Of a stretch of 64,000 bases of DNA, positions 19,395 to 29,865 are shown piece by piece. Each line of letters starts with the position of its first letter. The stretch's first letter is position 1. Made by a program: the position numbers and the translations under genes. Source of the stretch: Planctomycetota bacterium. Lineage in GTDB: Bacteria; Planctomycetota; SZUA-567; H5-PLA8. The notes beneath the pieces are model-generated. The model worked only from the letters and a program-made list of their open reading frames with translations, did not search any database and was not told the DNA's origin. The stretch spans positions 1 to 64,000 of the forward strand of contig JBBRPR010000015.1 of NCBI GenBank assembly GCA_038227875.1, written 5' to 3'.

Positions 19395-20864
19395 ATGACA
19401 TTTGATGTCGAAACACTGTCGCGCATCCAATTCGCCCTCACCGTCATGTTCCATTATCTGTTTCCGCCCCTGTCCATCGGGCTGGGCGCGATCATGGTCA
19501 TTATGGAAGGCGCCTACCTGCGCACTGGCAACCGGCAGTACGAAACAATGGCCCGGTTCTGGACGCGCATTTTCGCCGTCAACTTCGCGATGGGCGTGGC
19601 CACGGGCATCGTGATGGAATTCCAGTTCGGCACCAACTGGTCGTCGTACTCGCGCTTCGTTGGTGACGTTTTCGGCTCGGCCCTGGCTGCCGAAGGCATC
19701 TTCGCGTTCTTTCTGGAATCGGGCTTTCTGTCGGTGCTCGTTTTCGGCTGGGACCGCGTCGGCAAGCGCATGCATTTCTTCTCCACCTGCATGGTTTGTC
19801 TCGGCGCGATCTTCTCGTCGGTCTGGATCATCATCGCCAATTCCTGGCAGCAGACGCCGGCCGGTTCGCACGTCGAGACCGTGCTGGTCAACGGGCTGGA
19901 GTTCAAGCGCGCGGTGATCGACGACTTCTGGGCTATGGTCTTCAATCCATCGTCGATGGCACGGCTGGCGCACACAGTCGCCGCCGCGTTTGTGCTCGGC
20001 GCGTTTGTGGTGATGAGCATCTCTGCGTTCTATATCTTGAAGAACCGGCATCTCGAACTGGCCAAGAAAATGTTCCGCATCGCGCTGATCTTCGGCGGCG
20101 TGAGCACCCTGATGGCCGGCGCGCTGGGACATCATCAAGCGAAAGTCGTGGCCGAGACCCAGCCGGCGAAACTGGCCGCGTTCGAAGGCTACTTCCATGC
20201 TGAACCGGGCGGCGCGCCGCTGCTGTTGATGGGCTATCCCGATGAAGAGACCGAGACGATCAAGCATGGCGTCTTCTTTCCGGGCGGGTTGAGTTTCCTG
20301 GTTCACAACGATTTCCACACGCCGGTGACCGCGATGGAAGCGATCCCGAAGGAAGACCGGCCGCACGTGATGATTCCGTTTCTGGCGTTTCACGTCATGG
20401 TCGGGGTCGGGTCTGGCCTGATCGGACTGTCGGTGCTGGCGTTGTTCCTGCTCTGGCGCGGGAAGTTATTTCAAACGCGCTGGTTGCTCTGGGTTTTCGT
20501 CTTCGCCTCGGTCGGTCCGTACATCGCCAATCAAGCCGGCTGGGTGGCCTGTGAGGCCGGGCGGCAACCGTGGGTTGTCTACGGTCAGCTGCGGACCAGC
20601 GAGGCGTATTCCAAATCACTGACGTCGGGACAGGTGATGGCGTCCATCGTAATGTTCGGCGTGATTTACGCGCTCCTCTTCGCCGTCTGGGTCTATGTGT
20701 TGAACGATAAGATTCAGCACGGTCCGGAAGAGATCGATCCGAGCGAACAGGAGAATCCGATCAAAGACACTGGCGTAACCAATCTGGAGCAGGTGCTGGC
20801 GAAGGATCCGAAGCGGATGACGATGATCATGCGGAAAGGCGACAGCAAGAAGACGGATATTTAA
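19395..20864 (+). CDS. cydA: Cytochrome bd ubiquinol oxidase subunit I
   Basis: [61 protein letters not shown]. Confidence 0.97.
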   Translation: MTFDVETLSRIQFALTVMFHYLFPPLSIGLGAIMVIMEGAYLRTGNRQYETMARFWTRIFAVNFAMGVATGIVMEFQFGTNWSSYSRFVGDVFGSALAAEGIFAFFLESGFLSVLVFGWDRVGKRMHFFSTCMVCLGAIFSSVWIIIANSWQQTPAGSHVETVLVNGLEFKRAVIDDFWAMVFNPSSMARLAHTVAAAFVLGAFVVMSISAFYILKNRHLELAKKMFRIALIFGGVSTLMAGALGHHQAKVVAETQPAKLAAFEGYFHAEPGGAPLLLMGYPDEETETIKHGVFFPGGLSFLVHNDFHTPVTAMEAIPKEDRPHVMIPFLAFHVMVGVGSGLIGLSVLALFLLWRGKLFQTRWLLWVFVFASVGPYIANQAGWVACEAGRQPWVVYGQLRTSEAYSKSLTSGQVMASIVMFGVIYALLFAVWVYVLNDKIQHGPEEIDPSEQENPIKDTGVTNLEQVLAKDPKRMTMIMRKGDSKKTDI

Positions 20865-21007
20865 AAATTCAAAATTAGAAAACGCACGCGGATGGGCTGA
20901 CGGCACGGTAAGGCAGATGATATCTTGGAGTTGGAGGACGAGGGTCGCAGCAGTTCCCGGAAGAATGTCTCTTCCGCAGCGTTTTTGATTTTTGAATTTT
21001 GAATTTC
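20862..21007. repeat. Inverted pair of degenerate AAAATTC/GAATTTT heptamer arrays between cydA and cydB
   Basis: AAAATTCAAAATTAGAAAAACGC ... GCGTTTTTGATTTTTGAATTTTGAATTT. Confidence 0.65.
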
Positions 21008-21019
21008 GCGGAGCGAGCG

Positions 21020-22054
21020 ATGGACTGGTCAACACTCTTCTCCCTTCCCGTCTTCTGGTTTGCGGCGCTGGGATTTTTGCTGACGGGGTACGCGATTCTC
21101 GACGGCTTTGACCTGGGCGTCGGCATCGTTCATCTCTTCGTCAAAGAAGACACCGAACGGCGCATTCTGATGAATTCCATTGGGCCGATCTGGGACGGCA
21201 ATGCCGTCTGGCTGGTCACCTTTGGCGGCGCGCTCTTCGCCGCGTTCCCGTTCGCCTATGCCACCGCCTTCTCTTCGTTTTATTTGCCCTTCATGGCGCT
21301 GTTGTTCGCACTGATTTTTCGCGCGGTCTCGATGGAATTCCGCTCCAAGCAGGCCTGGCCGTGGTGGCGGCAGTTCTGGGACTGCGCGTTCTGTTTCTCC
21401 TCGACGCTGGCCACGCTGCTCTTCGGCGTCGCGGTCGGGAATTCGATGATCGGTATGAAGATCGATCAAAGCCGCGAGTACATCGGTACCGTGTTTGACC
21501 TGGTGGGCTGGTATCCGATTCTCGTCGGCCTGTTCGCGGTCTCGATTTTTGCGATGCACGGCTCGATCTACCTTTACTTGAAGACCGAAGGCGAACTGCA
21601 GCAGCGCATCCGCGGTTGGATGTGGCGGACGTTCTTCGTCTTCGTCACGATGTACGCGATCACCTCGATTGCGACGCTGATCAAAGTCCCCGAAGCGACG
21701 CGCCATTTCAAAACCTGGCCGCTGGCGTGGGGCGTGGTGATCTTGAACATGCTGGCCATCGCCAATATTCCCCGAGCGATTCACCAGGGCCGGCCGGCGT
21801 ACGCATTCATCTCGAGCTGCTGCACGATTGCCGCGTTTAATTTCCTCTTCGGCATCGCGATCTTCCCGAACCTGATCGTCTGCAGCGGCCACCCCGAGTG
21901 GAACCTGACCATCTTCAATTGCTGCTCCACCGAAAAGACGCTGGGCCTGATGCGCATCATCGCGTTCATGGGCCTGCCCTTTGTGATGTCATACACGATC
22001 GTCATCTACTGGATCTTTAGAGGCAAAGTGCAGGTTGGAAAATTGTCGTACTGA
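21020..22054 (+). CDS. cydB: Cytochrome bd ubiquinol oxidase subunit II
   Basis: YAILDGFDLGVG, IGPIWDGNAVWL, GGALFAAFP, YWIFRGKV. Confidence 0.96.
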   Translation: MDWSTLFSLPVFWFAALGFLLTGYAILDGFDLGVGIVHLFVKEDTERRILMNSIGPIWDGNAVWLVTFGGALFAAFPFAYATAFSSFYLPFMALLFALIFRAVSMEFRSKQAWPWWRQFWDCAFCFSSTLATLLFGVAVGNSMIGMKIDQSREYIGTVFDLVGWYPILVGLFAVSIFAMHGSIYLYLKTEGELQQRIRGWMWRTFFVFVTMYAITSIATLIKVPEATRHFKTWPLAWGVVILNMLAIANIPRAIHQGRPAYAFISSCCTIAAFNFLFGIAIFPNLIVCSGHPEWNLTIFNCCSTEKTLGLMRIIAFMGLPFVMSYTIVIYWIFRGKVQVGKLSY

Positions 22055-22140
22055 CATTTTCCATTTTCCATTTCTCACGTTCCATTTTCCATTGCCGGAG
22101 GCGTAAAGCAGTGCGCCAGCTCCGATGGAATGGAAAATAT
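22055..22140. repeat. CATTTTC heptamer array with inverted GGAATGGAAAAT partner
   Basis: CATTTTCCATTTTCCATTTC...TTCCATTTTCCATT immediately after the cydB stop. Confidence 0.6.
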
Positions 22141-22256
22141 CCGTTCCCACCGCCCGCGCCCTGCCCAAGATTTAACAAATAATTCTCCCTATTTTTTGTG
22201 ACAGTCTCTTCTTCCGCTGCATTCCCGTGATGAAGTAACATGGGGAGGTGGTGTTT

Positions 22257-25200
22257 ATGACGTGTGCGGAGCCCTTTGAGATGGCGGCGGATTCCCGGCC
22301 TGAAACGCAAGCAAGTACTGCCGCCGAAAGCGATTGGGCGCTGCTGCGCCGTCATTTCCAGGCCGGCGACGCGGGCGCGATGGAGGAACTTTTTCGCCGC
22401 CACGCTGACGTGGCCTACCGCGTCGCGCTGGGCTTCGGGCTGAACTCCGTCGACGCCGAAGACGCGCTGCAGTCGGCGTTTCTGCAGGTCTTGCAGAACG
22501 GAGAGCGCTGTCTGAGCCAGGGCGCTGGCGAGTCCAACATCCGGGGATGGATCATGAGCATCGTCGTCAACACCTGCCGCATGGAATTGCGCTCCAAAGC
22601 CAGCCGCACCGAACGCGAGGCGAACGCCGAAATTCCGCGTGAAGCCCCCGCCGTCGACGCTCAGAAAGCCGAAGAGATTCGTGCGGCGGTGCGCCTGGCC
22701 AAGGGACTGCCCGAACGGTATCGCTTGCCAGTGTGGCTCCACTATCTGGAAGGCTACACGTTCAAGGAAGTCGCCGGCGCTCTGGCGCTACCCGAAGGAA
22801 CCGTGCGCATGCAGGCCAGCCGCGGTCTGGAGCAGCTCCGCGACGCGCTCACCACATCAGGTTTCGCGGTCACCACGGTTGCCTTGCCGGAGTTGCTCGC
22901 GTCGGCGTTGCTGCCCACTGCACCGGCAGCTGTGAGCGCTTCGGTGAAGGTGCTGATCGCCAAGAGTCTGCTAGCCAAGACGCAGGCCGGAATCGCCGCG
23001 AACGCCGGTACGAAAGCCGCCACCGGCGTAGCGAAGCTGACACTGTCCAAAGCGCTCATCGGCGTCGGCGTGCTGGTGTTGGCCGGTTCGGCGGCGCTGA
23101 CGATTCACAAACTGCGTTCCGGCGTTCCCTCTCCCTTTGAAACTGCCGGCGATGTTCCACCAGCGACGGCGCCGAAGCCTGCGCCCTATCCGCTCACCAC
23201 AATTTCCGGATGGATGCTCGACGACGACACCGGGAAGCCCGTCGCCAACATGAAACTGTTGGCCATGATCGGCCAGGACGGATTGATCCAGGCGGCTCCC
23301 GGCGAACCGGTCTTGCAAGGATTTCCGACAACGACCACCGACGCCGATGGCCATTACCGCATCTCGTTCATGCTGCCCACGACGCAGCGGCAAGCGATCA
23401 CGATCCAGCCCGACACGATTGAAGAGCGCTTCACGCCCGTGGCAGTGAATGTCTATCAAGGCGAAACGGTGAACGCGCCGGTGATCCTGCGAACTCCGTT
23501 TGCCAAGCTCCACGGCCACGTTGTCGACGCCGACGGCAAGCCGATCGCAGGCGCGCAGGTGATTCAGACCTACAACACCGGGCGAGCTACGACGACCGAT
23601 GCGACCGGCGCCTTCACCGACGAGAAGGGCGTTGCCAGTGGCGTGGATTGGACCGTTGCCGCACCGGGCTACGAGGTGACGCGCTTCTCCCATGAGGCCG
23701 GGGCCGCCGGCGACAAAGGCGCGGAACTGCGCGTCACCAAGAAATGCAAAGCCGTGACTGGGCGCGTGGTGGACGGTGAAGGCAAGCCCGCGGCGAAAGT
23801 GCAGATCTGCTGCACGCGCAGCGCCAACACCGTCCCTTACTGGTCGACGGTGAGCGACGCCGACGGCCGCTTCACCATGGCGACGATGCCGCAGCCAGGA
23901 TCGGCGGTTCTGTGGCCTAAACGCGATGGCCACGATGCCGGTTTGCCGGTGGATGTGAAACCGGGAGACACCGACGTCACTGTGAAGTTGTTTGCATCTG
24001 GCAGATTGGAAGTGGTAGTCAAAGACGCCGAAGGCAAACCGCAGGCGAGTGTGACGATCTGGGGCGGCCCGAAAGTAATGCAAACGGTCGACACCCGCGT
24101 CCACGGCACCACCAACGAGCAGGGAATTTTCGTCAGCGAAATAGTCCCCGTCGGCACCTATGGCATCTCCCCCAGTTCGCGAAATGTTCCGGGCGGCACG
24201 CTTTCAGCGGCGGCTAGCGAGTTCACGATCGAAGCGGGAAAGACGGCGAAGGTCGTGTTTACGATGCGCTTGGATCCAGCAGCCGCGGCGAAGAAGGCAG
24301 ACGGTATCAAAGCCAGCGGCGTGCTCGTGGACGCCGACGGAAATCCGATTCTCCATGCCTACGTCCATGTGTGCCTCAAACGCGCCGCCAAGGCGCCGGC
24401 GCAACAGGATGAACTCTACCTGGGCCAGGTGCTCACGGATGTGACAGGCCATTTCGAGACGGTACTTATTTTGCATAGCCTGGATCGAATAATGGAACAG
24501 CACCGGATGTTCGAAGAAAAAATCGAAGCGCCGGCGAAGGTCAATCAGGTGCGCTTCGTCGCTACGCTGGAGAGCGACATCAATGTGCTCCATCGTCAGT
24601 CGCCACGGGAATTCCAAGGCGGCACGAGCCGGGTGCTCGACCTCAGTGCCTCGTACCTGGTGGATTCAACCGTGGAGTGGCCTGAGAAGGACGCCAGCTG
24701 CGACGCTGGAAAACTGGCGTCGCCCGTGCCCGGCGAACGCGTGGTCCCACTGGCTTTTGCCGACGACACACCCGCCTGGCGCAACAGGAAGCCCTGCGTC
24801 GCAAGCACCTGTCTGGACGAAAGCGGCAAGGCCGTACCTTGCCGCGCGCTGCCGCCCCGCTCGCCCAAGGACTCGGGCTTTCCCGTCGCTGTGCGGAGCA
24901 AGAACGCCGTGCGGGTGACGCTGGTGAACCGTTTCGATGACAGCGCCGTCGCCGCGATTCCCGCCGACACCGGTCGCGAGGCATCGGTGACCGCCTCGTT
25001 CCCGTCCGCGCGCCATCTTGAATACACAATTGTCGACGAGAAGGACAACCCGGTCTCCGGCATGCAACTGTTTGCATACGGTGATCCGGACCCGTTCCGC
25101 AACACCTCAAGCGACTACACGCTGGTGAGCGGACCGGACGGCAAGATCACGATTGATCTCTCGGCTCGCGCCGCGGGGAAATTCAATCTGCTCTGTTTTG

Positions 25201-25622
25201 AGAAACTGAACTTTCAGCCGTTCCACGGCGTGCTCATCGCCGGCACGACGCCCTTGACGCAGACGATCCGGCTGAAGAACTCCGACGCCGAAATCTCCGG
25301 TCATGTGTTGGACGCGCAGGGCCATCCCGTCACCGCCGCCAATGTCTCGTTCCATGCGTCATTAGGCCTTGAAAATGTTTCGACGCTCAGGGAGTTGCCG
25401 CTGGATGAAAACGGATCTTTCCGCTTCAACGTTCCGGCGGGTCTGGATATTCAATTGAAAGCCAGCAGTGGCGGTCTGTCCGGAGAGTCCGAACAGTTGA
25501 AAATCACACCCGGGCAGAAGTTGACCGTCGACGTGAAAATCGGTGCTCCCAAGCCGCCGGTGCAGCGGCATCCTCAGCCCGCCAAACCGCCGGCGCCACC
25601 GCCGTCTTCGAGCGACTTCTGA
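22257..25622 (+). CDS. ECF sigma-70 factor fused via TM helix to multiple carboxypeptidase-regulatory-like (Ig-like) domains
   Basis: GDAGAMEELFRRH, DAEDALQSAF, LPERYRLPVWLHYLEGYTFKEVA; TM LIGVGVLVLAGSAALTI; repeated G.V.D.DGKP...TTD..G.F modules; GGGGAGG RBS. Confidence 0.88.
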   Translation: MTCAEPFEMAADSRPETQASTAAESDWALLRRHFQAGDAGAMEELFRRHADVAYRVALGFGLNSVDAEDALQSAFLQVLQNGERCLSQGAGESNIRGWIMSIVVNTCRMELRSKASRTEREANAEIPREAPAVDAQKAEEIRAAVRLAKGLPERYRLPVWLHYLEGYTFKEVAGALALPEGTVRMQASRGLEQLRDALTTSGFAVTTVALPELLASALLPTAPAAVSASVKVLIAKSLLAKTQAGIAANAGTKAATGVAKLTLSKALIGVGVLVLAGSAALTIHKLRSGVPSPFETAGDVPPATAPKPAPYPLTTISGWMLDDDTGKPVANMKLLAMIGQDGLIQAAPGEPVLQGFPTTTTDADGHYRISFMLPTTQRQAITIQPDTIEERFTPVAVNVYQGETVNAPVILRTPFAKLHGHVVDADGKPIAGAQVIQTYNTGRATTTDATGAFTDEKGVASGVDWTVAAPGYEVTRFSHEAGAAGDKGAELRVTKKCKAVTGRVVDGEGKPAAKVQICCTRSANTVPYWSTVSDADGRFTMATMPQPGSAVLWPKRDGHDAGLPVDVKPGDTDVTVKLFASGRLEVVVKDAEGKPQASVTIWGGPKVMQTVDTRVHGTTNEQGIFVSEIVPVGTYGISPSSRNVPGGTLSAAASEFTIEAGKTAKVVFTMRLDPAAAAKKADGIKASGVLVDADGNPILHAYVHVCLKRAAKAPAQQDELYLGQVLTDVTGHFETVLILHSLDRIMEQHRMFEEKIEAPAKVNQVRFVATLESDINVLHRQSPREFQGGTSRVLDLSASYLVDSTVEWPEKDASCDAGKLASPVPGERVVPLAFADDTPAWRNRKPCVASTCLDESGKAVPCRALPPRSPKDSGFPVAVRSKNAVRVTLVNRFDDSAVAAIPADTGREASVTASFPSARHLEYTIVDEKDNPVSGMQLFAYGDPDPFRNTSSDYTLVSGPDGKITIDLSARAAGKFNLLCFEKLNFQPFHGVLIAGTTPLTQTIRLKNSDAEISGHVLDAQGHPVTAANVSFHASLGLENVSTLRELPLDENGSFRFNVPAGLDIQLKASSGGLSGESEQLKITPGQKLTVDVKIGAPKPPVQRHPQPAKPPAPPPSSSDF

Positions 25623-25632
25623 CGCGGCGGCG

Positions 25633-26427
25633 TTACGGTTGCTTCTTGAACAGCTCCCACTCTTTCAGTGATTCGAGCCCCGGGGCATAGAGCAGGGAAA
25701 GTCCCAGCGGCGTGGCGCTGACCCAGCCTTCCTTGATCGCCACGGCGTCGATGTCGACGTCCGTGTCGCGGAAGAGCATGCTGCCTTCCAGGCGGAAGCG
25801 GCGGCGAGGGACGCCGGTTTCTTCCTCGATGTAGTATTCCTTGAAGCCGCTGCGCCCCTGCCGGGTGATGCGCGTGCCTTTGATCTCCGCCTGCGGGCGG
25901 TTGGGGATGTTGACGTTCAGCGCCGTCCACGGCGGCAGCCCGTTTTGGACCACCGCGTCGATCACTGGCACGGAAAGCTCCGACGCCAGCGCGAAATGCC
26001 AGAGTCCGCTGGCCGGAACATCCAGCGAGAGCGCCACCGCCGGCATCTCGTTGATCACCGCTTCCAATGCGCCGGCGACGGTGCCGGAATAGAGCACATT
26101 CATGCCGACGTTCGGGCCGCGGTTGATGCCGGAGACGACCAGGTCGGGTTTGAAATCGGGAAAGAGATTGGTGATCGCCAATTTCACGCAATCAGCGGGC
26201 GTCCCGGCGACCATGAAGGCTGGGACGTTGCTGACCGGGTCCGGCAGAATCGCTTTTTCCGCGTGGAGCGGCCAATGAATGGTGATGCAGTGGCCGACGC
26301 CCGATTGTTCCTTTTCAGGCGCCACGACCCGCAGCTCGTAGCGGCCGGTGCTCTGCAAGGCGTGTACAAGCGTGGTGAGTCCCGGCGACGTCAGGCCGTC
26401 ATCGTTGGTGAGCAGGATTCGTTTCAT
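25633..26427 (-). CDS. surE: 5'/3'-nucleotidase SurE
   Basis: RILLTNDDG, VVAPEKEQSG, GTPADCV, DLVVSGINRGPN, YSGTVAGA. Confidence 0.96.
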   Translation of the reverse strand: MKRILLTNDDGLTSPGLTTLVHALQSTGRYELRVVAPEKEQSGVGHCITIHWPLHAEKAILPDPVSNVPAFMVAGTPADCVKLAITNLFPDFKPDLVVSGINRGPNVGMNVLYSGTVAGALEAVINEMPAVALSLDVPASGLWHFALASELSVPVIDAVVQNGLPPWTALNVNIPNRPQAEIKGTRITRQGRSGFKEYYIEEETGVPRRRFRLEGSMLFRDTDVDIDAVAIKEGWVSATPLGLSLLYAPGLESLKEWELFKKQP

Positions 26428-26437
26428 GCGTTGCCGG

Positions 26438-26959
26438 TTATTCGCTGTCGTACTGGATGAGGCTGAAAACGTCATACGGCTTGAGCTTCTGACGCCCGCT
26501 GAGGAAACTCAGCTCGATGATGAACCCCGCGCCAACCACTTTCGCTCCGAGCTGTTCGCACAGCTGCGCGCTGGCGGCCATCGTGCCACCGGTGGCGAGC
26601 AGGTCGTCGACGAGCAGTACGTTGTCGCCCTTCTTCAGCGCGTCCTCGTGAATGGTCAGCGAGTCGGTGCCGTATTCGAGATCATAGGTGATCTGGCGGG
26701 TCTTGTGGGGCAGCTTGCCGGGCTTGCGCACCGCGACGAACCCCGCGCCCAGGTGGTAGGCGACCGCCGGTCCGAAGATGAAGCCGCGGGCTTCGGCGCT
26801 GACGACCTTGTCGATCTTCTTGCCGAAATAGTGGACGAACATGGCGTCGACCATGTAGCGCAACGCGTCCGGGTCGCCGAGCATCGGCATGATGTCGCGG
26901 AAGACAATCCCCTTCTTGGGGAAATCGGGGATATTGCGGACCAGTTCCTTCAGGTTCAT
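26438..26959 (-). CDS. apt: Adenine phosphoribosyltransferase
   Basis: IPDFPKKGIVFRDI, EARGFIFG, RKPGKLP, YDLEYG, VDDLLATGGT. Confidence 0.97.
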   Translation of the reverse strand: MNLKELVRNIPDFPKKGIVFRDIMPMLGDPDALRYMVDAMFVHYFGKKIDKVVSAEARGFIFGPAVAYHLGAGFVAVRKPGKLPHKTRQITYDLEYGTDSLTIHEDALKKGDNVLLVDDLLATGGTMAASAQLCEQLGAKVVGAGFIIELSFLSGRQKLKPYDVFSLIQYDSE

Positions 26960-27244
26960 GCGTACGCTCTCCAAAGTTGAGGGGCGTAGTCTAAAAGGAA
27001 AGATGCTGACTGCAAACGCCACGGCCTTTTGTATTCCGGGCGGCTCGCCCGGAGAATCTCAAGCCGTGTCAAAAATGGAAATCTTTCACCACTCGCGACC
27101 TGCGAACGACCACCTAACACCATCCAAAATCAGAATTCTTGAAAATTCGCCAACGTTTCTCGCGATGCCGGTCTCCCTTGTAATGAAACGCGCCGCGGAG
27201 CGCGGCTAACGAGTAAAAACAACGATGACTACGGAGGACGTGCG

Positions 27245-27634
27245 ATGCGAAACCTGGGATGGCTGGCTTTGGTTGCAGTGATGGCTCTGGCGGCGAGCCC
27301 GGCTCGGGCGGATGACGCCAAGAAGGCCAAACACGCCGAGAAGAAGTTCAAGAAAATGGATTCCAATGGCGACGGCTCGCTGAGCAGCGCCGAGTTCGTC
27401 GGCTTCACCCCCAAGCACCAGAAACACGAAGGCAAGAACCGCGCTACCCACCGCCAGAAGAAATTCGACAAGATCGATACGAATCACGATGGCAAGATCA
27501 CGCTCGATGAATTCGTCGCTTGGAAGCAGGCGCACGGCCATCACGGCAAGAAGGGCGCGGGCAAGCATGCTGGTAAGCACAAGGGCACGACCAACGGCGC
27601 CGCGCCAGCCCCGGCTCCGGCCCCGGGAAATTAA
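27245..27634 (+). CDS. Secreted EF-hand protein with His/Lys-rich tail
   Basis: Signal peptide; DSNGDGSLSSAEF and DTNHDGKITLDEF EF-hands; GGAGG RBS. Confidence 0.85.
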   Translation: MRNLGWLALVAVMALAASPARADDAKKAKHAEKKFKKMDSNGDGSLSSAEFVGFTPKHQKHEGKNRATHRQKKFDKIDTNHDGKITLDEFVAWKQAHGHHGKKGAGKHAGKHKGTTNGAAPAPAPAPGN

Positions 27635-27660
27635 GTTCCACGCCGATAGCAGTACTGCCT

Positions 27661-27704
27661 ACAAAACAATGCGGGACTCCAGAATGGAGTCCCGCTTTGT
27701 TTTT
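27661..27704. terminator. Bidirectional rho-independent terminator
   Basis: GCGGGACTCC-AGAAT-GGAGTCCCGC stem flanked by ACAAAACAA and TTTGTTTTT, between convergent genes. Confidence 0.85.
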
Positions 27705-27718
27705 GATCCGTGTGCTGC

Positions 27719-28204
27719 TCAGCGCGAGGCGGTGGCTTTTCCGGCGGGAATGTCGCAGATGCCCAGCTCGGTATAAATGCGCTCCTTGACTTCGCGAGTC
27801 ACTTCGAACGTGGCCAGCTTCTTTTCCAGGTCGCGTTTGCGCGCCAGCTCGGGGCCGCAATCGCCATGACACTGTTCGACCTGAATGCGCGCCTGAGCCA
27901 CCTGATTCTTCAACTGATCGAATTCCTGCTGGACGTCATTCTGAATTTTCTCGACGCGATCGCGCTGAGCCTGGGTCAGCTTGAGCTGCGTGACGTTGAC
28001 TTCCGACGCGTTCACAAACGCCGCGGGAACCGTCTGCACTTCCGGTGCTTTTGCTGCAGGTGCGGAAACGGTCGGGGCAGTCGTTGTTGTGGCCGCAGGA
28101 ATTTGTGTCACAACCGTCGGTTTCTTCCAGCCACCCCCGCCGCATGCGGCTTGAGCATGAGCGACGAGTCCGGTCAGGACGAGGATCAGAGCCAGGTTTC
28201 GCAT
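27719..28204 (-). CDS. Secreted coiled-coil protein with Spy/CpxP/ZraP-like LTxxQ motif
   Basis: Signal MRNLALILVLTGLVAHAQA; QLKLTQAQRDRVEKIQ; CHGDC. Confidence 0.65.
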   Translation of the reverse strand: MRNLALILVLTGLVAHAQAACGGGGWKKPTVVTQIPAATTTTAPTVSAPAAKAPEVQTVPAAFVNASEVNVTQLKLTQAQRDRVEKIQNDVQQEFDQLKNQVAQARIQVEQCHGDCGPELARKRDLEKKLATFEVTREVKERIYTELGICDIPAGKATASR

Positions 28205-28286
28205 GGTTTTCCTTCCGCGCTTGCGCGCCGGAACCCCACAGGTTCCCAAGTGAATTGCGACAATGGATTGAATCAGGAGATAGCAT

Positions 28287-28302
28287 TGCAAGGTCTGTGC
28301 CA
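28287..28302 (-). promoter_or_regulatory. Sigma-54 (-24/-12) promoter
   Basis: Minus strand TGGCACAGACCTTGCA matches TGGCAC-N5-TTGCW; divergent from a sigma54 activator gene. Confidence 0.85.
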
Positions 28303-28431
28303 TGCCGCCTGCAATGCCGGATACATGTCTTAAGATCAACGCCCAAAAAGCATTGCTAAAATCTATGGCGTTCGGCAGGGTGTCTTACTATAAAAGATTC
28401 TCAATACGGGACCGACGGGTCGAGACTGTTT

Positions 28432-29865
28432 ATGGCAAAACGCACCATTCTCATTATTGACGACGACATCACTGTGCAGATGCTGATTTCCGCGATCCTC
28501 ACGTCGGAAGGGTATGGCACCGTCATCGCATCGTCGGCCGAGGCTGGTATTGCACTGGCCAAGCAGCAGCCGTTTTGCCTGGCGCTGTTGGACATCGTCA
28601 TCCCCGAAATGGGCGGCGAAGCGGCGCTCTCGGAGCTGAATATCTCGGTGCCGGCTTTGCCGGTGATCATCTTGACGGGCAACCACGACACGGATCTGGC
28701 GATCCGCTGCATTCGCAACGGCGCGCGCGATTTCCTCACCAAGCCCTGCGAGAAAAATCGACTGCTCACCACGATCCAGAATGTCGTGCGTCTGCGCGAG
28801 CTCGAAGAGGAAGTCAGTCGCGTCGCGACGCAGGAGGAAGCCTTCGGCGTGATGTTCGGCCGCAGTGCGCCCATGCGACGGCTGTTCGAACAGCTCCGCA
28901 CCGCGGCGACGACGGACATCGGCGTGCTGCTGGAAGGCGCCAGCGGTACCGGCAAGGAATTGGCGGCGCGTGCGCTGCACTCCACCGGCGCGCGGGCGAA
29001 GGGGCCGTTCGTGGCGCTGAATTGCGGCGCGATCCCCGAATCGCTGTTGGAGAGCGAATTGTTCGGCCACGAAAAGGGTGCATTCACAGGCGCGGCCACG
29101 CTGCACCGCGGCGCCTTTGAGCAGGCTGACGGCGGGACACTCTTTCTCGATGAAATTGGCGAAATGCGGCCGGACATGCAGGTGCGCCTGCTCCGCGCGC
29201 TCGAAAATCGTGAAGTGCGGCGCGTGGGCGGAACCAGTTCGATTCAGCTCGACGTCCGCATCATCGCCGCGACGAACAAGAAATTGCAGGACACGGTGCG
29301 CGATGGAAAGTTCCGCGACGATCTCTATTACCGCCTGGCCGTCTTCCGCGTGACGCTGCCGTCGCTGGCCGAACGCGATGACGACATTCTGTGGCTGGCG
29401 CATCGCTTCATGCTGGAATTCAGCAGCAAGTTCCGCAAGCGCTGCAATCGCTTCGACAAGAAAGTCGAATCCGTGCTGCTGCACTATCCCTGGCCCGGCA
29501 ACGTGCGCCAGTTGCGCAACGCGATCGAACGCGCCACGCTCGTCTCCAGCGGCGAAGTCATCCTCCTCAACGATCTGCCGGAAGAAATTCAGGGTCATTC
29601 AGGAACGCCCGCGCCGGTGGTTCACGCGCCGGCGTCGGACGCAGCAACGGCCGGCACGGCAACTCCGGAATCCGTTTCATCCGCGGTCAGCGATGTACGC
29701 CCCGGACCGGTGCTGACGATGGCGTTGGAAGAAGAACGCATTTTCCGCAACGCGCTGCGCGTCACCGCCGGCGACGTGGCCCGCGCCGCCCAGATGCTGG
29801 ATATCGGCCGCGCAACGCTCTACCGCCGCATCAAGGAATTGAATATCAACACCGAACAAGCGTAG
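28432..29865 (+). CDS. NtrC/AtoC/ZraR-type sigma-54-dependent response regulator (REC-AAA+-Fis HTH)
   Basis: ILIIDDD..LLD..KP receiver; GASGTGKE; ESELFGHEKGAFTGA; GTLFLDEIGE; WPGNVRQL; IGRATLYRRI. Confidence 0.95.
   Translation: MAKRTILIIDDDITVQMLISAILTSEGYGTVIASSAEAGIALAKQQPFCLALLDIVIPEMGGEAALSELNISVPALPVIILTGNHDTDLAIRCIRNGARDFLTKPCEKNRLLTTIQNVVRLRELEEEVSRVATQEEAFGVMFGRSAPMRRLFEQLRTAATTDIGVLLEGASGTGKELAARALHSTGARAKGPFVALNCGAIPESLLESELFGHEKGAFTGAATLHRGAFEQADGGTLFLDEIGEMRPDMQVRLLRALENREVRRVGGTSSIQLDVRIIAATNKKLQDTVRDGKFRDDLYYRLAVFRVTLPSLAERDDDILWLAHRFMLEFSSKFRKRCNRFDKKVESVLLHYPWPGNVRQLRNAIERATLVSSGEVILLNDLPEEIQGHSGTPAPVVHAPASDAATAGTATPESVSSAVSDVRPGPVLTMALEEERIFRNALRVTAGDVARAAQMLDIGRATLYRRIKELNINTEQA

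Noticed and set aside
19034..19447. 137-aa ORF between the DUF1549 gene and cydA
   Set aside because: Overlaps the cydA start antisense, has atypical composition and no recognisable motif; probably a divergent promoter region
22054..22250. Small cydX/cydS subunit after cydB
   Set aside because: No short hydrophobic ORF with an RBS; the region is occupied by heptamer repeats and promoter-like DNA
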